Below are positions 1 through 9,991 of a stretch of 64,000 nucleotides of DNA, in pieces (position 1 is the first letter of the stretch; each line of letters starts with the position of its first letter). The notes under the pieces are model-generated. The model did no database searches. It saw only the letters and a list, made by a program, of their open reading frames with translations, and was not told the origin of the DNA. Source of the DNA: an uncultured Clostridia bacterium (lineage in GTDB: Bacteria > Bacillota > DTU025 > MWDF01); the NCBI GenBank assembly GCA_964545975.1, contig CAZJHY010000001.1, positions 24,094 to 88,093 of the forward strand. Reading direction: 5' to 3'. A program made the translations under genes and the position numbers.

Positions 1-328
1 AATCGTTTCCATATTGCGTGCGGCATTACTGATTAATATATTGCCTGCATGTATGGCATATCAATCTTCTTTGTGGCATATAGATGCGAAAATAGATAAT
101 GGAACAATGGGAACGGCTTGTGGTTACAGATTTGTAAAACTTTGTTGTATATCGCATCGCCACATGGCAAAGAACGAATAAAGTGCCATAGTATAAGCCG
201 ATTGCAGAACAATGGGGATTTTTGTGGAGAATGGAAGAGGATTTTCAATAACGATGGGGAATATCAATATTATATGAAATCCTTACCACATATGAGCGCA
301 GGTAAGTCTGTAGAAGGAAGGTGCGGCG

Positions 329-1339
329 ATGGCAACGATATACGAAATTGCCAAAGCGGCGAAGGTGTCACCCTCCACCGTGTCGCGGGCGCTTTCAGGA
401 AACGGTTACGTTAGCAGAGAGAAGAAGGAAAGAATAGAAGCAGTAGCTGCGACGCTATATTACAGGCCGAACGCGCTTGCAAGGGCCTTGGTTACGAAGA
501 GGAGCAATACGATTGCATTCGTTGTAGCTGATATCGGAAATCCTTTCTTCCCGGCGATTGCCCGCGGGGTGGAGGACGAGGCAAGCTCCAGCAACTACAA
601 CGTCATACTATGCAACACAGATTCGAACAGGATAAAAGCCGATGAATACATAAGGGCATTGAGCAGCAGGCAGACTGATGGGGTGATATTCTGCACAGCC
701 AGCGTAAATGACAGGCACGTGAAGGAAGTAATCTCCGGGGGCATCCCTGTAGTGCTCGGCTACCCTAGCAAGACTATCAAGTGCGACACTGTGTCCTGCG
801 ACAATCTGCACGGAGGGATGATCGCAACGGAACACCTCATAGGGTTGGGACATACGACTATCGGCATAATCAGCGCCCTTGTCAAAAGGGTTACAGGAGG
901 AGACAGGCTCAGAGGATATAAGAAGGCGCTTTCAAAACACGGACTGCCGCTTCGCAAGGAACTCATAGTTGAGGGCGATTACAGCATGGAAAGCGGCTAT
1001 GAGAAGGCCAGGCTTCTTCTCAGGCTTAAAGACCGGCCTACGGCGATTTTCGCTACGAACGACCTAATGGCGATAGGCGCCATGAATGCGATAGAGGAGA
1101 TCGGGCTAAGGGTGCCAGATGACATCGCGATTATCGGATACGACGACATACCGATGGCATCCATAGTGAAACCCAAGCTTACCACGGTCGCTCAGCCGAA
1201 ATATGAGATAGGGCAGCTTGCCTGCAAGGCGATCCTTGAAAGGATGGGCAACCCCAATAAACCATGGGAGAATACTGTCCTTAAGCCAAAGCTGATTGTT
1301 AGGAACTCAAGCGTGGTTATGGATACCGGCAGGTCCTAG
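329..1339 (+). CDS. LacI-family transcriptional regulator
   Basis: The N-terminus has a LacI-type helix-turn-helix (MATIYEIAKAAKVSPSTVSRALSG). The C-terminal part looks like a periplasmic-binding-protein-like sugar-binding core (FATNDLMAIGA, IIGYDD). Confidence 0.9.
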   Translation: MATIYEIAKAAKVSPSTVSRALSGNGYVSREKKERIEAVAATLYYRPNALARALVTKRSNTIAFVVADIGNPFFPAIARGVEDEASSSNYNVILCNTDSNRIKADEYIRALSSRQTDGVIFCTASVNDRHVKEVISGGIPVVLGYPSKTIKCDTVSCDNLHGGMIATEHLIGLGHTTIGIISALVKRVTGGDRLRGYKKALSKHGLPLRKELIVEGDYSMESGYEKARLLLRLKDRPTAIFATNDLMAIGAMNAIEEIGLRVPDDIAIIGYDDIPMASIVKPKLTTVAQPKYEIGQLACKAILERMGNPNKPWENTVLKPKLIVRNSSVVMDTGRS

Positions 1340-1379
1340 GAGCAGGATATGCATGGACACGAAGAATAACAGGAAAGGA

Positions 1380-2579
1380 ATGACCCAGATGTCTGTATTC
1401 GAGCTAAACCCAGCAGAAAGAATGAGGCAGGTTCCGTTCTCCGGGATCCGCCGGATGTTCGAGAAGGCCAAAGCCCTTGAAAGAGAGGGTAAAGACGTAA
1501 TCATGATGGAGACCGGGCGTCCAGACTTCGACACCCCGGCCCACATCAAGCTGGCTGCCATGAAGGCCCTCGAACTGGGTCATGTGCACTACACATCCAA
1601 TTTCGGAATACCGGAGCTAAGGTCCGCCATAGCAGACAAGCTTAGAACTGAAAACGGGCTAAACTATGATTACGAAACGGAAATCATCGTGACCGCCGGA
1701 GCCTCAGAGGCTGTACTTGATGCGTTCCTTGCATTCCTCAACCCGGGCGATGAGGTCCTCTTCCCCGAACCAAGCTGGTTGAACTACGCCGCCGCCGCAA
1801 GATTGACCGGAGCTGTTCCTGTTCCCATGCCTATGAGGGAGAAGGCGAATTTCCAGCTGGACCCCCAAGAGATTGAGAAGCTCATCACGCCAAAGACCAA
1901 GGCTATGGTGCTAGTATCCCCTCATAACCCTACAGGCACAGTCCAGCGTGGAGAAGTGGTGAAAGCGCTTGCTGAAATCGCCGTTAGGCACAACCTTCTT
2001 GTGATATCGGACGAGATATACGAGAGAATCATATTCGGGACAGCCAGACATGTAAGCATTGCATCCTTTCCCGGCTTGAAAGAGAGGACCATTGTCATCA
2101 ATGGTTTCTCCAAGGCCTACTCAATGACAGGCTGGAGGCTCGGATATCTGGCTGCCACGCCTCAACTCATACAGGCGATGAACAGAGTTCACCAGTACAA
2201 TACCGCGTGTGCGAACTCCTTTGCCCAGGAAGGCGCCGTGGCAGCGCTAAGAGGCCCGCAGGACTGCGTAAGGGACATGGTCGCTGAGTTTTCGAGAAGG
2301 CGCGACCTTGTTATAGGAGAGCTTCAGTCCATGAAGGGGATTACCTGCCCTACACCTGAGGGGGCTTTCTATGCGTTCATCAATGTCAGCGGCTTGAACC
2401 TTACCTCAGAGGAGTTCTGCGAAAAGCTTATAGAGGAAACGTACGTATCCTCTGTGCCAGGACCAGTATTCGGGGAGGCGGGGCGCGGCTTTGCCAGATT
2501 TTCCTATGCTACCTCCTACGAGAAGCTCCAGGAGGCAATGCGCAGGATCAGGAAATTCACCGAGAAATATGCCGAATAG
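1380..2579 (+). CDS. Class I/II pyridoxal-phosphate aminotransferase (AspC-like)
   Basis: Motifs seen: SGIRRMFE, NPTG, and the PLP-lysine motif FSKAYSMTGWRLGY. The ORF opens at 1296 but overlaps the LacI gene. The start is more likely ATG 1380 or 1389, downstream of AGGAAAGGA. Confidence 0.85.
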   Translation: MTQMSVFELNPAERMRQVPFSGIRRMFEKAKALEREGKDVIMMETGRPDFDTPAHIKLAAMKALELGHVHYTSNFGIPELRSAIADKLRTENGLNYDYETEIIVTAGASEAVLDAFLAFLNPGDEVLFPEPSWLNYAAAARLTGAVPVPMPMREKANFQLDPQEIEKLITPKTKAMVLVSPHNPTGTVQRGEVVKALAEIAVRHNLLVISDEIYERIIFGTARHVSIASFPGLKERTIVINGFSKAYSMTGWRLGYLAATPQLIQAMNRVHQYNTACANSFAQEGAVAALRGPQDCVRDMVAEFSRRRDLVIGELQSMKGITCPTPEGAFYAFINVSGLNLTSEEFCEKLIEETYVSSVPGPVFGEAGRGFARFSYATSYEKLQEAMRRIRKFTEKYAE

Positions 2580-2605
2580 ATCGGAAGAGGCATCAATCAA
2601 GAACT

Positions 2606-4324
2606 ATGAGAAGCGAGGTGTATCGATTGGCATTTCTGCATTCTAAGGAGGAAAGCGTAGAAAGGTTGTCAGGGCTAAGCCTTAAAGGAACCATGCTCAC
2701 CACGACCCAGTATCACGACAGAAGGCATGTGCTGCCTTTTGTCCTTGAGAAGGGCGGCAAGAGCTATTTCCTGGTAAGGGAGATGGATAGCGGCAATGTA
2801 CAGGGGGCTGGATTCAATGCTCTTCCGCAGGTTCATTTCATGCCGTATTTCCTGCCTGGCGTGAAATCGGAGATTCCGGGCAATATGGCCAAGGTTGTCC
2901 TTTCCATGCTCGGGAAGGAACCTCTTGTTGTTGACGTCGAAATGCCCGTATCGGTATATAGGGAGCTCAAGGCATCAGCCGATGTCTCCATTGAGAAGCT
3001 TCCGACAAAACCGGTAGAGGCTTTCCGGATGACTGCCAAGCAAGTCCTATCAAAGTTCAACCATCACAGGGCGGACGTTGTAAGGGCTGCCAACGAGATT
3101 ACGGCGGGGCACCCGCAGTACAAGAGGCTTAATGCGCTATACAACCAGAAGGGAGATCCTTTCGGGATATTGGATGCCAAGGGCAAAGCAGCAGGGATAG
3201 GGGCTTTTCTTGGCACATGGGTTACTGACTTCCAGGAGCTCAGCGGACTTAAGGGCACCCTTTCAGAGTGCTGCGGTTATGCTGCGCTTTATCTTGCAGA
3301 GAAGGCCGAAACATGGATAATTGTCCCGGCTGGAGATGCCAAGGGGTATTCGAGCTCCTTCAGGTCGTTCGGAAGCTTCGCAGAGGCAGTGAGGGAACTT
3401 TCTGCAGGCGCAGTAGTCGGCATAGAGGAGGACACTCTGGGAGCGGAGCGCTTCGAGACCATGGCAAGACAGGGCGTGGCGATGAAGGACGCAGGGGCGA
3501 TGCTGAAAGAATGGCGCGACGAGAAAGTCAAATTCGACGTGCCATACTTCGTGCTTGCGGCGATGGCGACAAGATATGCAATGGAGGGAGCCTACGACTT
3601 CGCCGACCTTGCCATCAGGGCGAATGTGGCTGTGACTGAAAGGGAAGTGGACAGCGTATACCGCTCAAGGCTGGACGAATTTGCCAAGAAGTACAAGCTG
3701 CAGGTAGAGCTCAAGTTCTTCTTCGTGAACACACACGCAGGTTCACGGACCATCTTCCCTTCAAGGCCGACTGACTACGTAATCCATAAGGGAATCAACT
3801 CACTCAAGCTTGATTCGGGCATATTCGTGTTCGATGACGGCTTGTTCCATGCCTCGAGCGACATAGCTCGGACAGTCACGACAACGGAAGCTGCCGACGA
3901 AGTCGCGGACATCATGGAGAGGGTGCTCGTAGAGCAGACAATACCCGGTATCAAACCGGGAATGACAGGCGATGAGATACATCGTATGGGAGTAAACCAG
4001 ATGGCTGAGCAGGCAGAAGTGTTCCAGAGGAACGGATACATGCCTAGCTCATTCTCATGGAGGGATGGCTATCCCAGGGACATCGGACACTCCATGGATC
4101 GCCAGGAGACTACGCATTTCCATTTCAAACCAGGCGCTGCACTTAAAGTTCTCTCCGGAATGGTCGGTTGCATAGAGTACCATTGCGCTTACGACAATCA
4201 TGCGATAGCGGCAGAGGACACTTTCGTGCTGGATGATCAGGGCGCAATCATAATCAGCAGGGGTGCCGAGGAGTTCGGCCCCGACGGAAAAGTAACGAAG
4301 AGGCGCCGCTTGACTCGTATCTAG
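2606..4324 (+). CDS. M24-fold (creatinase/Xaa-Pro peptidase-like) hydrolase with a long uncharacterised N-terminal region
   Basis: The C-terminal roughly 230 aa shows the pita-bread pattern LDSG, SSDIARTV, GHSMD, CIEYH and AAEDTFVL, which gives five candidate metal ligands (D, D, H, E, E). I do not recognise the N-terminal roughly 330 aa. The start is ambiguous (2606 or ATG 2693). Confidence 0.55.
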   Translation: MRSEVYRLAFLHSKEESVERLSGLSLKGTMLTTTQYHDRRHVLPFVLEKGGKSYFLVREMDSGNVQGAGFNALPQVHFMPYFLPGVKSEIPGNMAKVVLSMLGKEPLVVDVEMPVSVYRELKASADVSIEKLPTKPVEAFRMTAKQVLSKFNHHRADVVRAANEITAGHPQYKRLNALYNQKGDPFGILDAKGKAAGIGAFLGTWVTDFQELSGLKGTLSECCGYAALYLAEKAETWIIVPAGDAKGYSSSFRSFGSFAEAVRELSAGAVVGIEEDTLGAERFETMARQGVAMKDAGAMLKEWRDEKVKFDVPYFVLAAMATRYAMEGAYDFADLAIRANVAVTEREVDSVYRSRLDEFAKKYKLQVELKFFFVNTHAGSRTIFPSRPTDYVIHKGINSLKLDSGIFVFDDGLFHASSDIARTVTTTEAADEVADIMERVLVEQTIPGIKPGMTGDEIHRMGVNQMAEQAEVFQRNGYMPSSFSWRDGYPRDIGHSMDRQETTHFHFKPGAALKVLSGMVGCIEYHCAYDNHAIAAEDTFVLDDQGAIIISRGAEEFGPDGKVTKRRRLTRI

Positions 4325-4355
4325 TGGACCAAGCCAAATTAAGGAGGACAGAACA

Positions 4356-5480
4356 ATGAAGCGTCTAATGGCAATGATGACACTAATGCTTGCGCTGCTC
4401 ATGGTTTCGGCGATGGTCGGGGCTGCCGCAGTGCCGTTCAAGGTCGGTTGCATAGTGCCCCTGACCGGCGGATCTGCAGCAAACGGCATGTACATCAAGA
4501 GGGGTTCTGAACTGGCGATTGCGGAAATCAACGCAAACGGTGGATTGGGCGGACGTCCCATAGAGCTCATAATGGCCGACGACGCAGGTGTACCGGCGAC
4601 TTCGGTCTCTGCCATGAACAAGCTCGTCTACCAGGACAAGGTCGACTTCCTCATCGGCGGCAACATCAGCTCGACAGTGCTTGCTCACATGCAAATCTCC
4701 GAGAAGGAAGGAATACCTTACATAGTGACCACAGCTTCCAATGCACAGATCACCACCAAAGCAAACAAATGGACAGTAAGGCTTCACCAGAATGACCTTA
4801 CTCAGGCAGTCCAACTTGCCGACTTCGTCGTGAACGTAATCAAGAAGACGAAGGTCGCTGTGATGTTTGACACAGGAGACTATGGCACCGGATGCAAGAA
4901 CGCCTTCAACGAGCAGCTCATTAAGCTGGGCTACCAGCCTCTTATCACAGTAGGCTTCAATACCGGCGACAAAGACTTCATGTCGCAGGTAATCCAGGTC
5001 AAGGGCAAGAACCCTGACGCGGTGATGGTGTTCGCAGTTCAGGCGGAGGCTGCCATAGTGACCAACCAGCTCAGGCAGATGGGCGTCAATGGAACCATCT
5101 GTGGCACCGGCGGCTACATTGTGCCTAAGTATATCGAGCTTGCTCCCGGATCCTCAGAAGGCGCGGTCGGAATGACAACCTACAGCCCGTTCGATCTGAC
5201 TCCCGAAATAAAGAAGTTCACTGATGCTTATCAGAAGACTTACGGCGAAGTTGCCACGCATCATGCCTGGAATACCTACGAGGCGTACATGTACCTGCTC
5301 AAGCCCATAACCGACAAGGTAGGGACTTCCGACAAGGCTGCTATTATGAACGCCTTGAAGTCATGGAAGTGGACAGTGGGAAGCAACTCCAAGTATTTCG
5401 ACGAGACTGGTCAGGTGATAATGCCCTCGATATTCATCTCGGTGCAGAATGGTCAGTGGAGACCCTTCAAGGCGCAGTAG
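4356..5480 (+). CDS. ABC transporter substrate-binding protein, branched-chain amino acid (LivK/LivJ) family
   Basis: It has a signal peptide, an AAGGAGG ribosome-binding site and the typical Leu/Ile/Val-binding-protein fold sequence (FKVGCIVPLTGGSAANG). Confidence 0.9.
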   Translation: MKRLMAMMTLMLALLMVSAMVGAAAVPFKVGCIVPLTGGSAANGMYIKRGSELAIAEINANGGLGGRPIELIMADDAGVPATSVSAMNKLVYQDKVDFLIGGNISSTVLAHMQISEKEGIPYIVTTASNAQITTKANKWTVRLHQNDLTQAVQLADFVVNVIKKTKVAVMFDTGDYGTGCKNAFNEQLIKLGYQPLITVGFNTGDKDFMSQVIQVKGKNPDAVMVFAVQAEAAIVTNQLRQMGVNGTICGTGGYIVPKYIELAPGSSEGAVGMTTYSPFDLTPEIKKFTDAYQKTYGEVATHHAWNTYEAYMYLLKPITDKVGTSDKAAIMNALKSWKWTVGSNSKYFDETGQVIMPSIFISVQNGQWRPFKAQ

Positions 5481-5491
5481 AGATTTTCCAA

Positions 5492-5524
5492 GGGCCGGGC
5501 CGCAGAATACCCGCGGTTCGGCCC
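5492..5524 (+). promoter_or_regulatory. Intercistronic GC-rich stem-loop after the substrate-binding protein gene
   Basis: GGGCCG(GG)CCGC ... GCGG(TT)CGGCCC forms an imperfect hairpin of about 10 bp. It lies between the stop at 5480 and the permease start at 5549. Confidence 0.5.
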
Positions 5525-5548
5525 ATCTCATGAATCGGGGGGATACGC

Positions 5549-6466
5549 TTGAGTTTTCTTACTCTTATACAGTACATCATTAGCGGACTTGCGATAGGCA
5601 GCATATATGCGTTGATAGCCGTCGGTTATGCTATGATTTGGAAAGCCATGGGTGTCCTGAATTTCTCGCAGGGCCAGGTCTTCATGCTGGGCGGGTTCTT
5701 CGGCCTAACATCCCTCAGGCTTATGGGAACTCCTAGTGCAGGAACCCTTCCGGTAATAATCGGAGTCGCCGTTTTCGTGGGAGGGCTGGCAATCTTGCTT
5801 GCGCTCTTCACTCAGACATTCGTGTTCGCTCCGATACAGAGAAGAACCCCGCCCGAGAGGCTTAAGGTGAATATGCTGGTCTCAACAATGGCCGTGGGCA
5901 TAATACTGGAAAATGCCGCAAGGCTCATATGGGGTACGGAGCCGATATTCTTTCCCAGGATATTCGGTTCAAGGGTATTCATGTTCGCAGACATATTCAT
6001 ACCTGAGCACTATATAAGGATCATCGGGCTTGCCGTGGTGCTGGTCGTGTTTCTTCAGGTACTCCTTTACAAGACAAAAATGGGCCGCGCTATGAGGGCC
6101 ATCGCACAGGACAGAGATACGGCTGCATTAATGGGTGTGAACGTGAAACAGGGTATCTATATAACGCTGTGCGTGACTTATGTCCTAGGAGCCCTGGCAG
6201 GCATGCTGGTTGCACCCCTGCTATATGTATCGTTTGACTACGGTGGGCTATTCGGCCTTAAAGGCTTCACTGCCGCTGTCATCGGCGGCATAGGCACTGT
6301 ACCGGGGGCAATTATAGGAGGGCTTGTCTTGGGCGTTGTAGAGAATGTGGGAGCTGGTCTCATAGATGCCACATACAAAAGCGCAATCGCATTCCTAATC
6401 TTGATCCTTGTGCTGCTGATTAAGCCATCCGGCCTGCTCGGCAAGCGCACGGTTCAGAAAGTGTAG
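5549..6466 (+). CDS. Branched-chain amino acid ABC transporter permease (LivH-like)
   Basis: Polytopic membrane protein with a TTG start, in operon position after the substrate-binding protein. The sequence looks LivH-like. Confidence 0.9.
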   Translation: MSFLTLIQYIISGLAIGSIYALIAVGYAMIWKAMGVLNFSQGQVFMLGGFFGLTSLRLMGTPSAGTLPVIIGVAVFVGGLAILLALFTQTFVFAPIQRRTPPERLKVNMLVSTMAVGIILENAARLIWGTEPIFFPRIFGSRVFMFADIFIPEHYIRIIGLAVVLVVFLQVLLYKTKMGRAMRAIAQDRDTAALMGVNVKQGIYITLCVTYVLGALAGMLVAPLLYVSFDYGGLFGLKGFTAAVIGGIGTVPGAIIGGLVLGVVENVGAGLIDATYKSAIAFLILILVLLIKPSGLLGKRTVQKV

Positions 6467-6473
6467 GGCTGCG

Positions 6474-7451
6474 ATGAGGAAAAAACTGCCTAAGGTGACA
6501 ATCTGGATAGCGGTTGCACTTGCAGCACTCCTTCTGCCGACCGTATCACAGCAGTATACAGTCCATATAATGGTTCTAGCCGGGATATATCTTGTGATGG
6601 CCGTAGGCTTGAGCCTTGTAAGCGGGTTTGCCGGACAGCTGTCGCTGGGGCAGGCTGCCTTCTATGCGGTTGGGGCTTACATATCGGGCCTGCTTGCGGT
6701 CAATACAGGGCTCTCATTCTGGCTTGCGCTTATTGTCGGGACAGCCGCAGCCGGCCTTCTGGGGATAATACTCGGATTGCCGACGCTAAGGCTTTCGGGC
6801 GTCTATCTTACTGTGGCGACGGTAGGCTTCGGCGAGATAGTAAGGCTTGTCCTCCTTAACTGGACACCGGTCACCAGAGGGGCGATGGGAGTGCGCGGAG
6901 TGCCACCTCCATCACTTTTCGGGTTTCTGATAGACGATCCTTACAAATACTACTACCTCGTTCTTGCAGCAGTCGTCGTGAGCCTCTTCATTGCTTCGAG
7001 GATCGTCAACTCAAGGATAGGAAGGGCGTTCATCTCCGTTGCCGACAAAGAGGTGGCGGCAAAATCGGTAGGCATAAACCCTACTTACTATAAGACCTTA
7101 GCCTTTGTGATGGGAGCATGCTTCGCAGGAGCGGCGGGAAGCCTCTATGCGCACTATATTGGCTATATCCACCCTGATGCCTTCACTCAGGCTGAATCGA
7201 TAATGGTGGTCACGATAATGGCAGTGGGCGGTGTCAGGAGTTTTCTGGGTATAACGGTCTCAGCGCTGGTGCTTGTGACGGCCATGGAATACCTGAGGGC
7301 ATTCTCTGAGTTCAGGCTGATAATGTATGCTCTTATGCTGGTGCTTAGCCTGATATTCATGCCTAATGGGGTCGGTGGTTATGTTTCGGCGCTCATGTCC
7401 AAGTCGAGCAGGAAAAAAGCTAAAGCGACCGGAGAAGGGAGGGCATCCTGA
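6474..7451 (+). CDS. Branched-chain amino acid ABC transporter permease (LivM-like)
   Basis: Polytopic membrane protein with the LivM-type motif QLSLGQAAFYAVGAY. Confidence 0.9.
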   Translation: MRKKLPKVTIWIAVALAALLLPTVSQQYTVHIMVLAGIYLVMAVGLSLVSGFAGQLSLGQAAFYAVGAYISGLLAVNTGLSFWLALIVGTAAAGLLGIILGLPTLRLSGVYLTVATVGFGEIVRLVLLNWTPVTRGAMGVRGVPPPSLFGFLIDDPYKYYYLVLAAVVVSLFIASRIVNSRIGRAFISVADKEVAAKSVGINPTYYKTLAFVMGACFAGAAGSLYAHYIGYIHPDAFTQAESIMVVTIMAVGGVRSFLGITVSALVLVTAMEYLRAFSEFRLIMYALMLVLSLIFMPNGVGGYVSALMSKSSRKKAKATGEGRAS

Positions 7452-8227
7452 TGGCTGACATGCTAAGAGTGGACAACCTCACAATGATGTTCGGCGGACT
7501 TGCTGCCCTTAAGGATGTGTCGCTGAATGTAGAGCAGGGAGAGCTCCTCTCAGTAATCGGGCCCAACGGTTCGGGAAAGACAACCCTGTTCAATGTGATT
7601 ACCGGAATCTATGTACCAACATCCGGGAAAGTAGGCTTTGACGGGCAGGACATCACGCGCTTGAGTGCATATGGTATATCAGCGCGGGGATTGGCGAGGA
7701 CCTTTCAGAACATCAACCTCTTTGATTCAATGACAGTCCTGGATAACGTTAAGGTGGGGCAGCACAGCTCTACCAAATCTGGTGTTGTCGATGCTGTACT
7801 GCGCAGCAGGCGCTACAAGCAGGAGGAGATGGAAACTGAAGCAAGGGCTAAGGAGCTCGTGGATTTCGTGGGCCTCTCGAAAGTATCCGGCGAGCTTGCC
7901 AAGAACCTTCCTTACGGAGAACAAAAAAGGCTGGAGATAGCAAGATCGCTTGCATCGAGCCCTAAGATGCTTCTTCTGGACGAACCTACCGCAGGTTTGA
8001 ACACGAGCGAGAAGGCAATGGTCGCGGACCTGATAAAAGCCGTACATGCTAAGGGGATAACCATAGTTCTCATAGAGCATGATATGCGCGTTGTTATGGG
8101 TATTTCCAGGAGGATCATAGTGCTTGACCATGGTGAGAAGATCGCTTCGGGCAACCCGATGGAGGTCAAGACCGACAAGAGGGTTATTGAGGCATACTTG
8201 GGAAAGCAGACAGCTGCAAATTGCTGA
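7451..8227 (+). CDS. ABC transporter ATP-binding protein (LivG-like)
   Basis: Walker A GPNGSGKTT, signature-like YGEQKRLEIAR and Walker B LLLDEP. The start overlaps the upstream stop. Confidence 0.9.
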   Translation: MADMLRVDNLTMMFGGLAALKDVSLNVEQGELLSVIGPNGSGKTTLFNVITGIYVPTSGKVGFDGQDITRLSAYGISARGLARTFQNINLFDSMTVLDNVKVGQHSSTKSGVVDAVLRSRRYKQEEMETEARAKELVDFVGLSKVSGELAKNLPYGEQKRLEIARSLASSPKMLLLDEPTAGLNTSEKAMVADLIKAVHAKGITIVLIEHDMRVVMGISRRIIVLDHGEKIASGNPMEVKTDKRVIEAYLGKQTAANC

Positions 8228-8952
8228 GTCTGGAGGGAACGCCGTTGCTTAGAATTAAGGGACTGAATGTATATTATGGTGCCATCCACGCCCTTAAGGG
8301 CATATCCCTTGAAGTCAACGAGGGCGAGATAGTAACCCTGATAGGATCGAACGGAGCAGGGAAAAGCACCACGATTAAAACCATAAGCGGGCTGATCGCT
8401 CCACACTCAGGAAGCGTGGAATTCCTTAACAAGCAGATAGGTGGCTTCCCTGCCCATCAGATCAATGCAATGGGTATCATCCAGATCCCCGAGGGAAGGA
8501 GGGTATTCCCTGAGATGACCGTCGGGGAGAACCTTCTGATAGGGGCATTCCTAAGAAAGGACACGAAAGGAATCAAGGATGATCTTGATAAGGTCTACGA
8601 CAGGTTTCCAAGGATGAAGGAAAGAGAAAGACAGGTAGCAGCAACTCTCAGCGGAGGAGAGCAGCAGATGCTGGCCGTCGGTAGGGCGCTAATGGCGCGC
8701 CCGAAGCTCCTGCTCCTAGATGAGCCGTCGATGGGCTTGGCTCCGATACTCGTAGACGAAGTGTTCGAGATAGTACAGGAGATCAACAGGCAGGGAACGA
8801 CGATACTTCTCGTCGAGCAGAACGCCAAGATGGCTTTAAGCGTTGCCAACAGGGGTTATGTGCTGCAGACGGGTGAGGTTGCGCTTTCGGGCACCGCCTG
8901 TGAACTGCTTCAGACTGAGGAGGTTAGAAAAGTATACCTAGGAGAGAGCTAG
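8221..8952 (+). CDS. ABC transporter ATP-binding protein (LivF-like)
   Basis: Walker A GSNGAGKST, signature LSGGEQQML and Walker B LLLDEPS. Confidence 0.9.
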   Translation: MLSLEGTPLLRIKGLNVYYGAIHALKGISLEVNEGEIVTLIGSNGAGKSTTIKTISGLIAPHSGSVEFLNKQIGGFPAHQINAMGIIQIPEGRRVFPEMTVGENLLIGAFLRKDTKGIKDDLDKVYDRFPRMKERERQVAATLSGGEQQMLAVGRALMARPKLLLLDEPSMGLAPILVDEVFEIVQEINRQGTTILLVEQNAKMALSVANRGYVLQTGEVALSGTACELLQTEEVRKVYLGES

Positions 8953-8980
8953 CGACATAACATTAACGGAGGTGCAACCA

Positions 8981-9868
8981 ATGTCTCTTAAGGTCAGAGG
9001 AATCATCCCTGCAATGGTCACGCCATTCGACAAAGACGGCAAGTTAAATCTGCCAGCGCTAAGGAAGCTTACGGATCACCTGATAGATGCAGGAGTCCAT
9101 GGGCTCTTCGCAGTAGGAGGCCAGGGCGAGTTCTGGGCTTTGGATGCTGAGGAGAAGAAGAAGGTAATTGAGACCGTCGTCGATGAGACCCGTGGCCGTG
9201 TGCCGGTATATGCAGGCACGGGAGCTGAGACCACCTGGGAAACCATCAAGCTGACCCAGATGGCCGAAGCGGCAGGCGCTGATGCCGTGTCGATAATAAC
9301 CCCTTACTATGTTGCCCCATCACAGGACGAGATGCTAGAGCACTACAAGATGGTGGCCAAGGCTACAAAGCTGCCAGTACTCATATATAACAATCCTCCA
9401 AGAACTGGGAATAACGTTTCGCCTGCCACCATGGAGAAGGCTTCCAAAGTGGAGAATATTGTTGGGGTGAAGGATTCGGGTGGCGACATGACGCAGGCTT
9501 GTGAATACATCAGGCGTACAAACAAGGATTTTGCAGTCCTGATGGGTCGCGATACGATGATTTTCGCCGGGCTATGTGTCGGCGCTAAGGGATCGATAAC
9601 CGCAACAGCAAACGTTGCTCCGAGGCTCGTCGTGGAGATTTTTGAAGCCTTCGTTGCCGGAGATATGGCAAGGGCGATTAAGGGCCAAGAGCAGCTAGCT
9701 CCTTTACGCTTAGCTTTTGAGCTAGGAACATTCCCTGTGGTAATCAAGGAAGGCCTTGAGCTGATAGGAATCGAGGCAGGGCCAACAAGAATGCCGGTGG
9801 GACCTATGAAGCCTGACAAGCGGGAAGAGCTGAAGAAGGTCCTCATAGATATGGGTCTTGTCAATTAA
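8981..9868 (+). CDS. DapA-family (dihydrodipicolinate synthase / N-acetylneuraminate lyase family) class I aldolase-lyase
   Basis: The N-terminal motif PAMVTPF...DG..N and GLFAVGGQGEF fit the family. ATG 8981 follows GGAGGTG with good spacing, whereas the GTG at 8972 lies inside that ribosome-binding site. Confidence 0.85.
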   Translation: MSLKVRGIIPAMVTPFDKDGKLNLPALRKLTDHLIDAGVHGLFAVGGQGEFWALDAEEKKKVIETVVDETRGRVPVYAGTGAETTWETIKLTQMAEAAGADAVSIITPYYVAPSQDEMLEHYKMVAKATKLPVLIYNNPPRTGNNVSPATMEKASKVENIVGVKDSGGDMTQACEYIRRTNKDFAVLMGRDTMIFAGLCVGAKGSITATANVAPRLVVEIFEAFVAGDMARAIKGQEQLAPLRLAFELGTFPVVIKEGLELIGIEAGPTRMPVGPMKPDKREELKKVLIDMGLVN

Positions 9869-9901
9869 CCGGGCAATAGAAACAGGCAGACAGTCAATAA
9901 T

Positions 9902-9940
9902 AGCCCCCTTGCCAGAGAGTTTATGGTAGGGGGCTTCTTG
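9902..9940. terminator. Hairpin between convergent genes (probable bidirectional terminator)
   Basis: AGCCCCCT (9902-9909) pairs with AGGGGGCT (9928-9935) and is followed by TCTTG. It sits between the DapA-like (+) and MarR (-) gene ends. Confidence 0.5.
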
Positions 9941-9991
9941 ATATTATGAGTATGCTCTGTAGCATGGATATCGAGTTTCTGGCAAAGGTCA

